Assembly (NCBI GenBank): GCA_951406725.2
Contig: OX597831.1
Span: 71,486,001 to 71,550,000 of the forward strand
Direction of reading: 5' to 3'
Length of the DNA stretch: 64,000 bases
Origin: Octopus vulgaris
Taxonomy: Eukaryota
A program made the position numbers and the translations under genes. Each line of letters begins with the position of its first letter. The stretch's first letter is position 1. Shown piece by piece: positions 13,765-27,810 of this stretch. The notes under the pieces are model-generated. The model worked only from the letters and a program-made list of their open reading frames with translations, did no database searches and had not been told where the DNA came from.

Positions 13765-14170
13765 ACTCTTTTACCCTTTTACTTGTTTCAGTCATTTGAC
13801 TGCGGCCATGCTGGAGCACCGCCTTTAATCGAGCAACTCGACCCCGGGACTTATTCTTTGTAAGCCCAGTACTTATTCTATCGGTCTCTTTTGCCGAACC
13901 ACTAAGTGACGGGGACGTAAACACACCAGCATCGGTTGTCAAGCAATGCTAGGGGGACAAACACAGACACACAAACATACATGCACACACATATATATAT
14001 ACATATATACGACGGGCTTCTTCAGTTTCCGTCTACCAAATCCACTCACAAGGCTTTGGTCGGCCCGAGGCTATAGTAGAAGACACTTGCCCAAGGTGCC
14101 ACGCAGTGGGACTGAACCCGGTACCATGCGGTTGGTAAACAAGCTACTTACCACACAGCCACTCCTGTGC
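13765..14170 (-). mobile_element. SINE family A
   Basis: Reverse complement of consensus. Confidence 0.88.
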
Positions 14171-14439
14171 CTATGTATATTTAACAATATGATAAATGGG
14201 ATGAATGGTAAATTGGGTAAATGAGAAGAGAGGTCATACATCTTTAATTCACCAGTTTATTGTTAAAAGCTTGTAATAGACACGACAGTCCAAAAGAGAA
14301 GAAGAAAAGAAGCAGAGTAATATCAGAAAGTTCTGTTCATAAAAGTGACTCAGTTGGATAGTTTCTGTTGTTGTGTGTAGATGTCATGTATATATATTTA
14401 TGTGTGTGTGTGTGTGAGTGTATAAATATAGGTATATAT

Positions 14440-14445
14440 ATATAA

Positions 14446-14535
<90 letters not shown>

Positions 14536-14640
14536 ATATGTATATATACTTATATGTATACCTATATGTATAAATATATATATATTTGTGTGTGTGTGTG
14601 TATATATATATCATCATCATCATCATCGTTTAACGTCCAT

Positions 14641-14675
<35 letters not shown>

Positions 14676-14727
14676 ATATACGTATGTATGTATGTATGTA
14701 TATACATATATATATATATATATATAC

Positions 14728-14816
<89 letters not shown>

Positions 14817-14817
14817 C

Positions 14818-14898
<81 letters not shown>
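14440..14898. repeat. Compound microsatellite with long (TA)n
   Basis: (TCTA)n, (TC)n, (TG)n and >200 bp of (TA)n. Confidence 0.97.
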
Positions 14899-14906
<8 letters not shown>

Positions 14907-15725
14907 CAAACTATGCTGTATGTATCACACTGAGACCTACCATTAACAATGGGAAGGAATTACCTGAAGCAGGCTGGTTGTTATAGCAACACTGGTCTGT
15001 GCAAGTCACTTTTCTCCTTCCTGACCCACACAACCAAGCAATAACTTTTTCGTCCCTCACTTTCCCAAATGCCCTGCAGAAAGGGTTACAGCCTTACACA
15101 ACAAATATCTTTAATCTATCTATCTATCTATCTATCTAATCATCATCATCATCATTTAATATTTGGTTTCCATGCTGGCATGGGTTGGCCGATTTGACCA
15201 GAACTGACAAGCTGGATAGCTGCTCAGGTTCTTGTCTGATTTGGCTTGGTTTCTATAGCTAGATGCCCTTCCTAACACCAACATCTGTACAGAGTGTACT
15301 GGGTGTTTTTTTACATGACTCCAGCACCTGTGCATTTATATGGCCTGCCACAGATGCTTTATATGTGACCTGGATCCTTTCAGATTTCATCTACCAAATT
15401 CACTACAATCTTTGGCCAGCCTAGGGCTACAGTAGGAGACTTTTGCCCAAGGTCCCACACAGTATTACCAAACACAAAACCACGTGGGTGGGAAGCACGT
15501 TTCTTAACTGCATACCAATGCACACACACATATGTGTATGTGCATTTGTAGAAAACAAAAAATCCCTAAGCATAATGAGCAGACAAAGGCCTCAAGGACA
15601 CGACAAATACTGAGTTTCACAATTTTTGATAATGTTTCATGATAACCCCTCATATATGACATTGCCAAAATTGTATCCCAAAAACTAGTTGAATGTGGTT
15701 TCCTTCAAAAGTCATGGGTCAGTTT

Positions 15726-16620
15726 CATCATCATCATCATCATTTAACATCCGTTGCTCATGCCGGCATGGGTTGGCCGGTTTTACTGGGCTGGCACGCT
15801 GGAAGACTGTGCCAGGCTCCAGTCTGATTTGGTATGGTTTTTTACGGATGCCTTTCCTAATGCCAACCACTCCGAGAGTGTAATGGGTGCTTTTACATGC
15901 CACCAGCATGGGTGCCAATTTGTGTGACACTAGTATCTGCCACGACTGCGATTTTGCTCAGCTTGATGGGTCTTCTTCTCAAGCCACCTTGCCTCCATGA
16001 AGCCTGCTCAATAGGAGCTCAGCCACCTCGCCTGCATGAGGCCCAACACTCGAAAGGAACTCAGTCACTTTGCTTCCACCAGGCCCAACGCTCGAAAGGA
16101 TCTTAGCCACTTTACCTCCAGCAGGTCCAATGCTTAAAAAGAACTCAACCACTATGCCTCCATGAGGCTCAGTGCTCGAAAGGAACTCAGCCACTTTGCT
16201 TCCATCAGGCCCAACGCTCGAAAGGATCTTAGCCACTTTACCTCTGAAATGCTTGAAAAGAACTCAGCCACTATGCCTCCATGAGGCTCAGTGCTCGAAA
16301 GGAACTCAGCCACTTTGCCTCCATGAGGCTCAGTGCTCGAAAGGAACTCAGCCACTTTGTCTCCATGAGGCTCAGTGCTCGAAAGGAACTCAGCCACTTT
16401 GCCTATGTGAGGCCCAACATTCAAAGGTCGAATTTTTACATGCCACCGGCAGAGCACATTGCCAAAAGTCTCAGTCACTAGTCATTGCCTCGGTGGGGTT
16501 CAAAGTTCAAAGGTCATGCTTCACCACTTTGCCCCATGTCTTCCTGGGTCTACCTCTACTGCAGGTTCTCTACACAGAGATTGGCATTTCTTTACACAGC
16601 TGTCCTCGTCCATATGCAAG
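15726..16620 (-). mobile_element. RTE LINE 3' end containing a ~41-bp minisatellite
   Basis: (CAT)n tail at 15726. About 10 copies of ccactttgcctccatgaggctcagtgctcgaaaggaactcag at ~15980-16420. GRPRKTW-like end (ggtagacccaggaagacatgg) on - strand near 16535-16555. Confidence 0.75.
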
Positions 16621-17995
16621 ACTATGATAAATGGTACTTGACTTGCCCAAATTGTTGTAGAGCAGAATCAAAACCAGAACTACATGATTGTGTCATGAAG
16701 TTCTTAACCATATGGCACACTCATGTATGTGTGTGTGTGTGGTGTTGGCAAGTTGCTGTGCTTGAGAAGACTCATCTATCTCAACTGAAATTGAGGTCCT
16801 AAAAGCATTATGCTCATGTATATGAACTCAATGGACCCAGTCCTTGGCAAAACTTCTCTGACTCTCATCTTCCTAACACCCATCCCTCCATCACTTTTCT
16901 CATTCCAGTATTTTCAGCTGCAGTAATCACATGATTGGAGAGCTGCATATATTTCATCTCCTTTTGGGATTTAGTCAACCCTCTCCCTGGAATCCCTTCC
17001 TTTTAACATCCTTACCTCATTCTCAACATTGCCATCACCATGTTTAACTGTTTGACTGAAGCACTTTTTCAGTAAATGCTTTTCCTGTGTGATGTCGAAC
17101 ATACATTCATCCGTCAGAGCTAAACAAAATACAAGTCCCTGCACAGCAAAGCACTCTGATAATGTCCAATTCATAAGCTCCAAAGTAAAGTGAATGCTGG
17201 CACATTGGTGCCAGAATTCTTGCACAAAAGTTCAAAAAGGTCTAATGGTTTTTTGAGAGGTTGATAGACAGACAGACAGACACCAATACCTATTTCTTTA
17301 CTACCCACAAGGGGCTAAACACAGAGAGGACAGACAAGGACAGACAAACGGATTAAGTTGAATATATCGACCCCAGTGCGTAACTGGTACTCTTTTAATC
17401 GACCCCAAAAGGATGAAAGGCAAAGTTGACCTCGGTGGAATTTGAACTCAGAATGTAACAGCAAACGAAATACGGCTATGCATTTCGCCCGGTGTGCTAA
17501 CGTTTCTGCCAGTTCGCCGAATGCCTTATATTCTCTCAGTAGTTTTTCCCAGCTACTCAGATGAAGAAATGGTCAGAAGTACCACTAGTTTCAAGGAAGA
17601 TGTCTACAGCCTGGAGTTTAGGAGTTATTGAGCATCTCAACAGCTGTTATGGTTTGAAAAGTATGTTTCAGCTTGTACAGTTCTCAATTCTGCAGATGGA
17701 CAATTCTCAATTGTATTTCTGATGATAAACTTTTTTTTAATTATGCATCCCAACAGATTTTTACGATAATATAATCAACTAGTTATTAATAGTTTGTCAT
17801 ACTTATATAAAATATAATAACAAATATAAGTGGCACCACTGCCTGTGTATGTACGTAGTGTATGTAAATTGTGTATATATATATATATATATATTTAGTT
17901 AATCCAAACAAGAAAACACAAAAAAACACAGCAATGCGAGGACGTGGAACAAATATAGTATTACTGGACGCTCAGGAAAGAAGGGAAGAAGGAGG

Positions 17996-18030
17996 GTTTA
18001 ACATTTCGAGCAGAGCTCTTCGTCGGAAAC
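17996..18030 (-). ncRNA. Minimal hammerhead motif, degenerate (CCGACGA core, stem III mutated)
   Basis: - strand gttt-CCGACGA-A-gagc(tct)gctc-GAAA-TGTT-aaac. Confidence 0.5.
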
Positions 18031-18249
18031 AAAGGAGAAGGAAAGATCCCGAGAAGGGAAGACAGAGGAAAAAAAAATTGCTGGCGGTGCTCACGAGGTC
18101 ATATGTATATATATATATATATGTAGGTCCCGGGTTTATTCGGTAAATAAGGTACTCAATACATAGCAGAGTAAAATTAATTTATTATATAGAAGGAGCT
18201 TCTACAGGACTAGAACTGTTTCATTCACATACATGTGTATATATGTGTA

Positions 18250-18642
18250 CTCTTTTACTTGTTTCAGTCATTGTTTTACTGTGGCCATGCTGGAGCACTG
18301 CCTTTTATTTGAAGAGATCGACCCGTAGACTTATTCCTTGTAAGCCTGGTACTTATTTTATCATTCTCTTTTGCCGAACCGCTAAGTTACAGGGACATAA
18401 ACATCCCAAGATTGATTATCAAGCAATGGTGGAAGGATAAACACAGACACAAGCATACAAATATATACATATATATATATATATACACACAACAGGCTTC
18501 TTTCAGTTTCCATCTACCAAATCTACTCACAAGGCTTCAGTCGGCCTGAGGCTATTGTAGAAGACACTTACCCAAGGTGCCACACAGTAGGACTGAACCC
18601 AGAACCATGTAATTGTGTAGCAACCGTCTTACCACACAGCCA
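18250..18642 (-). mobile_element. SINE family A, diverged
   Basis: Reverse complement of consensus. Confidence 0.8.
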
Positions 18643-18651
18643 CATGTATGT

Positions 18652-18698
<47 letters not shown>

Positions 18699-19211
18699 CA
18701 CACACACACACACACAAACACATATAATATAAATGTAAATTGATAATGTACACTAATTGCCATGTTACTAAAAATGTGTTTCTCTAATTAGATGCTACAT
18801 TGATTTTCTGGGGTTATTTTTCTGCAGAATTCAGTAAATGATGCAACTGTAATATTTATACTATATTTAATTCTTCCACACGACGAGATTTAAGATAAAT
18901 GCTTTAAATGTACATCATTTATAAATCTCTTCAAACTGCTCCATCTTGCTGCTAGGAACCCTGCTTGCAATTAATGTTTTCCTCTGCATCTGGATACGTC
19001 ATTGCGGGAGGCAGTGTTTGTAAATACAGTCTTTCAGGCTAATCATTGAGGCCCTCCATCAAGCTACGTTGTTTCTAGCGCATCAGAAGCTGATTAATGG
19101 TTTTCATTTGTCATAAGTTAATTTAGGCTGATGGGGAAAAATGACAACCGTAATTACTTAACTCTCTGTATGCAATATATTTCAAGCTTATTTGCATATA
19201 TATATATACGT

Positions 19212-19625
19212 AGGCGCAGGAGTGGCTGTGTGGTAAGTAGCTTGTTTACCAACCACATGGTTCTGGGTTCAATCCCACTTGTGGCATCTTGGGCAAGTGT
19301 CTTCTGCTATAGCCCCGGGCCGACCAATGCCTTGTGAGTAGATTTGGTAGACGGAAACTGAAAGAAGCCTGTCGTATATATGTATATATATATATGCGTG
19401 TGTGTGTTTGTGTGTCTGTGTTTGTCCCCCTAGCATTGCTTGACAACCGATGCTGGTGTGTGTTTACGTCCCCGTCACTTAGCGGTTCGGCAAAAGAGAC
19501 CGATAGAATAAGTACTGGACTTACAAAGAATAAGTCCCGGAGTTGATCTGCTCAACTAAAGGCGGTGCTCCGGCATGGCCGCAGTCAAATGACTGAAACA
19601 AGTAAAAAAGTAAAGAGTAAGAGAG
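19212..19625 (+). mobile_element. SINE family A
   Basis: Full-length match to consensus. Confidence 0.9.
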
Positions 19626-19994
19626 TATGCATGCATACATGTGTGTGTGTGCGTGCGTGTGTGTGTGTGTGTGTGTGTTTTATTTATGTGAGTTTGTACG
19701 TTTGCATAGTCTTCTCGTTTTATTGCTGAAATTTCTCAGCATCGGGAAACGAGCTCGTTACTAACTGAGAAATATAGCTTTTCCATTAGAATTAAAACGA
19801 CATCAACAGGATAGCTGTGCATGTATTTGTTTGGGGTTTATTTGAGATTTATTAACTGCAGCATTCAAAGCCAACAACACTATGTATGTGTGTACATATG
19901 TATACGTGCACACAAGCATCCACGCTTGCATATTTGTACACTTGTACACTTGTATACTTGTGTGCAAGTATGAATGTCATCGTACGTGTGGCTA

Positions 19995-20340
19995 TGTATG
20001 TATGTGTGTGTGTATGTATGTGTTTATGTATGTATGTGTGTATGTATGTGTGTATGTGTGTGTATGTGTATGTATGTATGTATGTAAGTATGTATGTATG
20101 TATTATGTATGTATGTAAGTATGTATGTTATGTCTGTATGTAAGTTTGTAGGCATGTATGTATGTCTGTAAGTATGTATGTATGTATGTATGTATGTATG
20201 TATGTATGTATGTATGTATGTATGTATGTATGTATGTATGTATGTGTGTATGTATGTGTGTATGTAAGTATGTTTGTATGTATGTCTGTATGTATGTATG
20301 TATGTATGTATGTATGTATGTAGGTAGGTATGTATGTATG
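19995..20340. repeat. (TATG)n microsatellite
   Basis: Direct reading. Confidence 0.97.
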
Positions 20341-20649
20341 ATTTATTTATTTCTCTTCCTGATTGGAGTTTTAGAGTTTGTGTTGACTGGCTGCCTGCAC
20401 AGTGACTAAGTTGTAAAAAAAAACATTTTTATTTAAAGGTTCAAGTGAATGTAGGACAGGAGGCTGGGAATGGGGGAATGGTTACATTTAACACCTTTGC
20501 AAATTACTTCCCTACAGCAGATTTTTACCTGATCTTTCAATCTTCGTTTTTTTCTATTTTGGATGCCGTCATCATAAAATTCACCAGTCATTACCATAGA
20601 GTCGGTGTGCTGAATGTCTGAAACATGCTTTTCATCATTTGGATGGATG

Positions 20650-21031
20650 GAAGCACTCCGTCGGTTACGACGACGAGGGTTCCGGTTGATCCGAATCAAC
20701 GGAACAGCTTGCTCGTGAAATTAACGTGTAAGTGGCTGAGCACTCCACAGACACGTGTACCCTTAACGTAGTTCTCGGGGATATTCAGCGTGACACAGAG
20801 AGTGACAAGGCTAGCCCTTTGAAGTACAGGTACAACAGAAACAGGAAGTAAGAGTGAGAGAAAGTTGTGGTGAAAGAGTACAGCAGGGATCACCACCACC
20901 CCCTGCCGGAGCCTCGTGGAGCTTTAGGTGTTTTCGCTCAATAAACACTCACAACGCCCGGTCTGGGAATCGAAACCGCGATCCTATGACCACGAGTCCG
21001 CTGCCCTAACCACTGGGCCATTGCGCCTCCA
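20650..21031 (-). mobile_element. SINE family C, near full length
   Basis: tRNA-like head at 20960-21031 on - strand; body shared with 5750-5900 and 60960-61635. Confidence 0.85.
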
Positions 21032-21259
21032 CTGTTATATTTAATTATTCTTACGAAACTATATTATAGAGCATGTATAAAACATGGATGCTAATTTTTA
21101 ATTGCTACAAGGATTTCTGCATATTGCAACTTGTTGCATGTCAGATTTATGCTAGGATCTCCAGTATTGCCTGAGAACTAAAACACTAAATTGACGGACA
21201 ATTTGCTAAATTTACTTCTTAAAATTTGATTTGCTTTTCAATAAACCTCTGTGAAAGGA

Positions 21260-21294
<35 letters not shown>

Positions 21295-22841
21295 CATACA
21301 AGCATGCACATATGCTTACATATGTATGTGCATACATCTATACATACATGTGTACATAGTGTGTTCCTAGAAAGCTTCAAATAACAGCAACATTGGCAAT
21401 CAGAGTAGCCTATCCTGGGCTTGCAATCAGGATATGAACTCTCATTTCGAAGTACGTATTTTTGTAATACAGGAGCGAGACATACCATCCCTGAGAACCA
21501 TTGAGAAGCATGAGATGGTACCATCATGTTTACAACAAAGAACTGCATGCACACGGGCGTCAGCCTGCAGCCTCCCACCTCATAGCTATTCGTTGCATGT
21601 GCTGGCATGGACATGTCCTCCATCTCCCACCAGACCATGCTACCAGGGCTTTACTCTCATTTGACACAGTAGCTGCAGGCTTGAAGAATCCCCCATGGCA
21701 AGCCCTACACCAGATGACTGGATGCAATTGGGGAGGCCCACCAGAGGCTCAGAGTCGCCTTGGAGGATGCAGAGGGGATGGCATGGGACCACCTGTGACG
21801 GAGAGCACTAGTGGACCTGGTCAGCTCTACACATGATGACATCTCTAGGACCACTAACCTGGGATGACCCCAGCACCATCAAACAAGAGCATGAAGTAGA
21901 AGCAGCAGCAGAAGATGCAGGCTGTTTAGAGTTGACACCGAGGCTGTTGTTCACAGCATAAGTAACTTGTCTTAAAATGTCATCACACTATTGTCTCCCA
22001 ATGAGAATTGATGTTGTATTTAGAACATTGCATTACTAAATCCATAGAAAGGATAATACTGAACAAAGAAGCTGTAGTGAGGTGGAGGGCATAACTACAT
22101 AATATATGAGAGAACGCTGATGGAGTATACCTGTCGAGATGTCTATAAAATGTAAGCCTAACTGACCAGATATAATGATCTAGGACATAGAAAAGAAATT
22201 GAGCTCAGTTGGTGAAATTAGTTGTCCAGCATATGTTAATATTGGTTTCAAATTTTGGCTCATAGCTAGCAATTTTGGATTACATTGACTTCAGTGCTCA
22301 ACTGGTACTTATTTTATTGACCACAAAAGGATGAAAGGCAAAGTCAACCTAAATGGAATTTGGACTCAGAACTTAAAAATGGATAAAATACCTCTCAGCA
22401 TTTTGCATAGTGAGCTAATGATTCTGCTAGCTTGCTGCCTTATGTGAGAAGATAATGTTGGTTCCAAATTTTGGACCAAGGCCAGAAATTTCAGGGAAGT
22501 GGGTAAGTTGATTACATCAACCCCAGTGCTCGAAGAAAAGCAAAGTTGACCTTGGTGGAATTTGAACTCCGGATGTAAAAGTGCTAATGATACTGCCAGG
22601 TCACCACCTTAACATAGCATTAAAGATTAGTGAGAAAGAAAATCATCTATGCTGAACCGGAAAGAAATATGCTTTTACTCCATCCAGACTATATTTTTAA
22701 ACTTCTGTAATTATTGGAGCATGTGACTAATTGCCTCAGTACTAATTTTGTAAAATTATGTTTCACAAAATCATAAAGTGCATACTTTACCGAAAGATTA
22801 CAGCTAAATGCTGTTGCAGAAGAAATTCATAAAGTAAAACC

Positions 22842-23250
22842 AGGCGCAGGAGTGGCTGTGTGGTAAGTAGCTTGCTAACCAACCACATGGTTCTGGGTTC
22901 AGTCCCACTGCATGGCATCTTGGGCAAGTGTCTTCTGCTATAGCCCCGGGCCGACCAATGCCTTGTGAGTGGATTTGGTAGATGGAAACTGAAAGAAGCC
23001 TGTCGTATATATGTATACATATGTATATATATGTGTGTGTTTGTGTGTGTGTTTGTCCCCCTAGCATTGCTTGACAACTGATGCTGGTGTGTTTACGTCC
23101 CCGTCACTTAGCGGTTCAGCAAAAGAGACCGATAAGTACTGGGCTTACAAAGAATAAGTCCTGGGGTCGATTTGCTCGACTAAAAAGGCGGTGCTCCAGC
23201 ATGGCCGCAGTCAAAATGACTGAAACAAGTAAAAGAGTAAAAAAGAGTAA
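22842..23250 (+). mobile_element. SINE family A
   Basis: Full-length match to consensus. Confidence 0.9.
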
Positions 23251-23499
23251 AGAAACATATCTACGTGCATACATAAGTATGTATATACTTACATACATAT
23301 ATACATATCTACATACATACTTAACTACCTACATATGTACATTCATTATATAAAGTAAACTCACACACACATACACGTGCTCGTGTGCACACACACACAC
23401 ACACACACAAACAAAAACCCATACTAAAATATATTCCTTTTAAAACATATAAACATAAAATATATTTGATACAGATATCCATATGAACACTTGCAACAA

Positions 23500-23534
<35 letters not shown>

Positions 23535-23844
23535 TGTTATGTCTGCAAAAACACTTAAGACATAAACATATATGTATTATGATTATGGAATGAGAAGGAG
23601 AGGAGTGCCTGCCTGGGGTGATTTTTGTGTTAGAGGGTTCAAAGTGTGTGAGGTTTGTTTGGTCACCTCTCGGTGGAACTCCCCTACCCTGTTGGAGAAG
23701 TATTTTGTTGATTTAATCTCCTTCTTAATTGTTGTTTTTTTTCTTTCAAGTCAATAGAGACATACATTTATGTATGTCTGTATTGACATGAAAGAAAAAT
23801 TTCTTTTCAGAACTCCTCTATTACATATCATTTTTGCCCATAAA

Positions 23845-24200
23845 CGTGGCCGATGCCAGCGCTGCCTTGACTGGCTCCAGTGCTGGTGGCACATAAAAAG
23901 CACCATCCGAACGTGGCCGTTGCCAGCGCCGCCTTGGCTGGCTTCTGTGCCGGTGGCACGTTAAAAGCTCCAACCGATCGTTGCCGATGCCGGATCCCCC
24001 TGGCACCTGTGCAGGTGGCACGTAAAAAGCACCCACTAACTCGCGGAGTGGTTGGCGTTAGGAAGGGCATCCAGCTGTAGAAACTCTGCCAGATCAGACT
24101 GGAGCCTGGTGCAGCCCCTGGCTTCCCAGGCCCCAGTCGAACCGTCCAACCCGTGCTAGCGCGGAAAACGGACGTTAAACGATGATGATGATGATGATGA
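23845..24200 (+). mobile_element. RTE LINE 3' UTR fragment with (GAT)n tail
   Basis: Same 3' end as 12646-13432. Confidence 0.85.
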
Positions 24201-24731
24201 ATTCACCTTTCGACAGCCATTTAACTGTTATCAAATCAAGATTTGCGAACTAATCACATGGCACTCCTCCTCAGTGGCACATTGATTACCAATTGATTCA
24301 TCATGTTAATGCAGTATTTAGTTTCTTGCAATGCTCTACACAAACTCTTGTTCTATTCATCCAAGCTGGTGTGCCTGCTGAACATTAACCACAGGTGGAT
24401 ATGAAAGCCACAGGGAGCTTACTTCTTTTTTAATAGAAGTAGTTTTTATCTCAGCAAACTTGAGAGTTCTGAGTAAAATTAGCTGGTATTTGTTTAATTT
24501 GTGGGGAACATATGTAAATAGTGAGTACTAAATATTCACAGTGAAGGCACATGGCGCAATGGTTAGAGCATCGAGCTTACGATCATGAGGTGATGAGTTC
24601 AAATCCTGGACCAAGCTGCGTGTTGTTTTTTTGAGCAAGGTACTTTATTCCACGTTGTTCCAGTTCACTCAGCTGCAGAAATGAGTTCTGGTATCACAGG
24701 TGCCGAGCTGTATCAGCCTTTGCCTTTCCCT

Positions 24732-24855
24732 GATGTAATCTCCAGGGATACAGGCATCCAGCAACAGGACCTCCGTAATGCTATGATGGACCGTGAAGTC
24801 TGGTGTAGCATGGTAAATTCCATTGTCTCGACCACGGTCGAACAATGATGAATGA
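24732..24855 (+). mobile_element. Very short RTE LINE 3' fragment nested in a tRNA-SINE (24543-25015)
   Basis: Near-identical to the end of 11105-11513. Flanking direct repeat ttgcctttccct at 24720-24731 and 24856-24867. Confidence 0.88.
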
Positions 24856-25538
24856 TTGCCTTTCCCTTGGATAACACTGGTGGCGTGGAGAGGGAAGGCC
24901 AGTATGCATGGGCGACTGCTGGTCTTCCATAAAAACAACCTTGCCCGGAATTGTGCCTGGGAGGATAACTTTATTGATGCAATCCCATGGTCTGTGTCAT
25001 GACCGAAGGGAGTCTCAGAAATATTCACACTTAAGTGTTTGTGTGTGTGTGAGAGAGAGAGATGGAGAGAGAGTGTGTGTGTTTTATGTTATTCTTTATC
25101 TCTGATTCCCACTTTATCCTATAGACCTATCAGTAAATGAGTTCAAGCCATATTCATCCCATCTCTTTCATTGTTTTTGCCTAAGTGTATTGGAATCTAT
25201 TATTATCCAGTGTGTTGTGTATATATTTAAACCAGCAATGTGTGATGTGAGGGAGATTTAGTTACCCTTTCCAGCAGATAGAGTGATGACATAGAGGCAC
25301 CTTCAGATAGACTCTTATCAATCCTGAAAAATGTAATAATAATAATAATCCTTTCTACTATAGGCACAAGGCCTGAAATTTTGTGGTGGGAAGGGGTGGA
25401 TTTACATCAACCTCAGTGCGTAATTGGTACTTAATGTATTGGACCCTGGTGGTATTTGAACTCAGAACGGAAAGACAGACAAAATACCACTAAGCATTTC
25501 ACCTGAAATGCTAACAATTCTGCCAGCTCACTGCCTTA

Positions 25539-25588
<50 letters not shown>

Positions 25589-27629
25589 TAATAATGATGC
25601 AGTACCAATGCCCTGATGCAATATAACTGCCCTGATGCAGTACCAGGCAGTGGCTCTCGTGGTTTCTGATCTTAACTGATTGGAAGTGTTATCATGTACA
25701 TTGTTTTGTCTTGGTATAAAAGATGGGCTACAGCAAATATTCTGCTCCATACCACAGATTTTCTTGTCGGTTGTTTGACCATAACCAGTTGACCATGTCC
25801 TTTAGTGGCTGACGATATGTGCATCTCTGATCACGAGCAGAAGTAGTGGGGGAGCATCATAGCCATAATAAGAAGAAGAATAATAGTAATAATAATAACG
25901 CCGACGCCGGTGACAAATATGGGCATGGAAATAAATAAAATTGATACAAAACTTGAAACAAGATATGATTTAAAGAAATAAGACTTGTAAGGTTTTGTGA
26001 CTGGATTGAGTTATGGCACTCCACTTTCCCCTTAACCATTTCTTAAATTGTGTTCAAGTACAGTTGAATGCTCCATTATGCATATTCAGAGACATTTGGT
26101 GATGAGCAAAACCATCATTTTGAGGGTATTCTCTTTGAAGTTTGGTAAAATGCTTTAATTTTACTTGTCATTTATCTTTTGCTTGTTGTTTACGTTAAAT
26201 GTTATTGTGTCATTTTAACTTCTTGAGAGAATACGTGACACGATAGTTACATCATGAACTCCAAATGATAAAAGAATGCTAAATTCTTCAATCTAACAAT
26301 TGACCATCTGTTGTTAGGGATTATATCATTACATGTTCTACCCATCTTTTTAGACTGTGTATCTTTAGAAACATGTCAGCATTAATATTGTCTCAAAATG
26401 GGACAAACACTGCAAAACCAAATTTCCTGTGAAATATCATTTACATCATCTTGATTCTATATTGAAGCTCCTTTTTTTTTCTTCTTCCATGAAACCACTA
26501 ATATCATAACTTTTGCCATCTTCATTAAGTTATTGGACCTTTTGAGCCTTGTCAAAATGAAACCAATACCGTCATGGTTTGAACAATGAAACTAATAGAG
26601 GTGGTGGAACATTCAGCTAAATATTGTACTTATCTTTCAAATCCACATATCAAAAAGGTAGATGCAATATTTCAGTCTCCAGAGTTCAACAACATAAATA
26701 TTAGTAATATTCTGGAATCAATTAAATCAAATATTCCTCATCTACCTGACAAAAGTAAATAAATAAATATACAAATATAAAATAGTGGTTTTGTGCTGGA
26801 TGGGAAAAGGAAATCAATATTGTCACATTAGTGTGACTATATGATTACATCACATAAAGCAAGTCACTTAACTCTCAAGTGCAACTCTGAAATAATATAT
26901 TGTTATCAATAGTATTCTTTTGTATTATTATCAAATCCCATATATTGAAACAAAATATGGGTTATACCATCACAGAGGATCTTTCCTGACAAATGCCAAC
27001 ACTTGATAAAACAAAGACTCCATTGTAAAGATTGGCCTTCTTCAGAGCCAGAAGATTATCCCTCAACAACCACTTATCCTTTACAAGGTTCACATGGGGC
27101 TCATACTGGCAAATTGTTCCCACGTCTATGACAGTGCTGCTGCTAAACATTCAAGCACCAGAGATTGCATCCAAAAAGGCCAGGCAACTGATTGGCATGT
27201 AGTTACTCACCAACACTCTCCAACTGCTGACCCACAGATATGCTATCTCCTTTCTTTAGCTTCACTACCACTACTGTAATAGGCTCTGCACCTTAAAGAT
27301 TACTAGTCTTGTATCACTTTCTTTCTGCAGACCGCATGCTAACCTCTACCTTTTCCTTCTGTAATTCCCTCTCTACTCATATTTTTCTAGTTACCATTGA
27401 CTTCCTGCTGTTCAAAAGGAATCATAACCATATCGATCTATTCACTCACTCTTGTCACTTCTCAACAGACTAACCTTACAAACAGTAGAGTAGTTGCTAT
27501 CATGCTACCTTTCTGAACATGCACCACTCCACCAGTCTCACTGGAACTATAATGCTGTGAGATTTCTCTGTAGACTAGCTCTCTAGTCAGACACCTAACC
27601 ATAGAATAACTTGTTTACACATTGCATCT

Positions 27630-27810
27630 TTCTATCCGCTCAGTCAAAGCCGACTCTCAGTCACTCGTTGGATCAGTGTCCTCCAGTCAGTTCTATCCTG
27701 GGCCACTTCCTTCAGATTGGCCATGTCCATTCCGGTATCACTCCTGATGGTGTCAAGCCAGCGGGTTCTTGGTCGGCCTCTTCCTCTCTTGCCACTGACA
27801 CATTGCATAC
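27630..27810 (-). mobile_element. BovB-like RTE LINE C-terminal fragment
   Basis: - strand VSGKRGRGRPRTRWLDTIRSDTGMDMANLKEVAQDRTDWRTLIQRVTESR. Confidence 0.8.

Noticed and set aside
14516-14986. Low-complexity ORFs (YI, VC, HT, poly-N/L/Y) here and at 2842-3368, 19882-20409, 58687-59142
   Set aside because: Translations of microsatellites.
15980-16420. 41-bp repeat as a ribozyme array (atgagg...ctcgaaa)
   Set aside because: No CUGANGA or compensated equivalent and no consistent stems.
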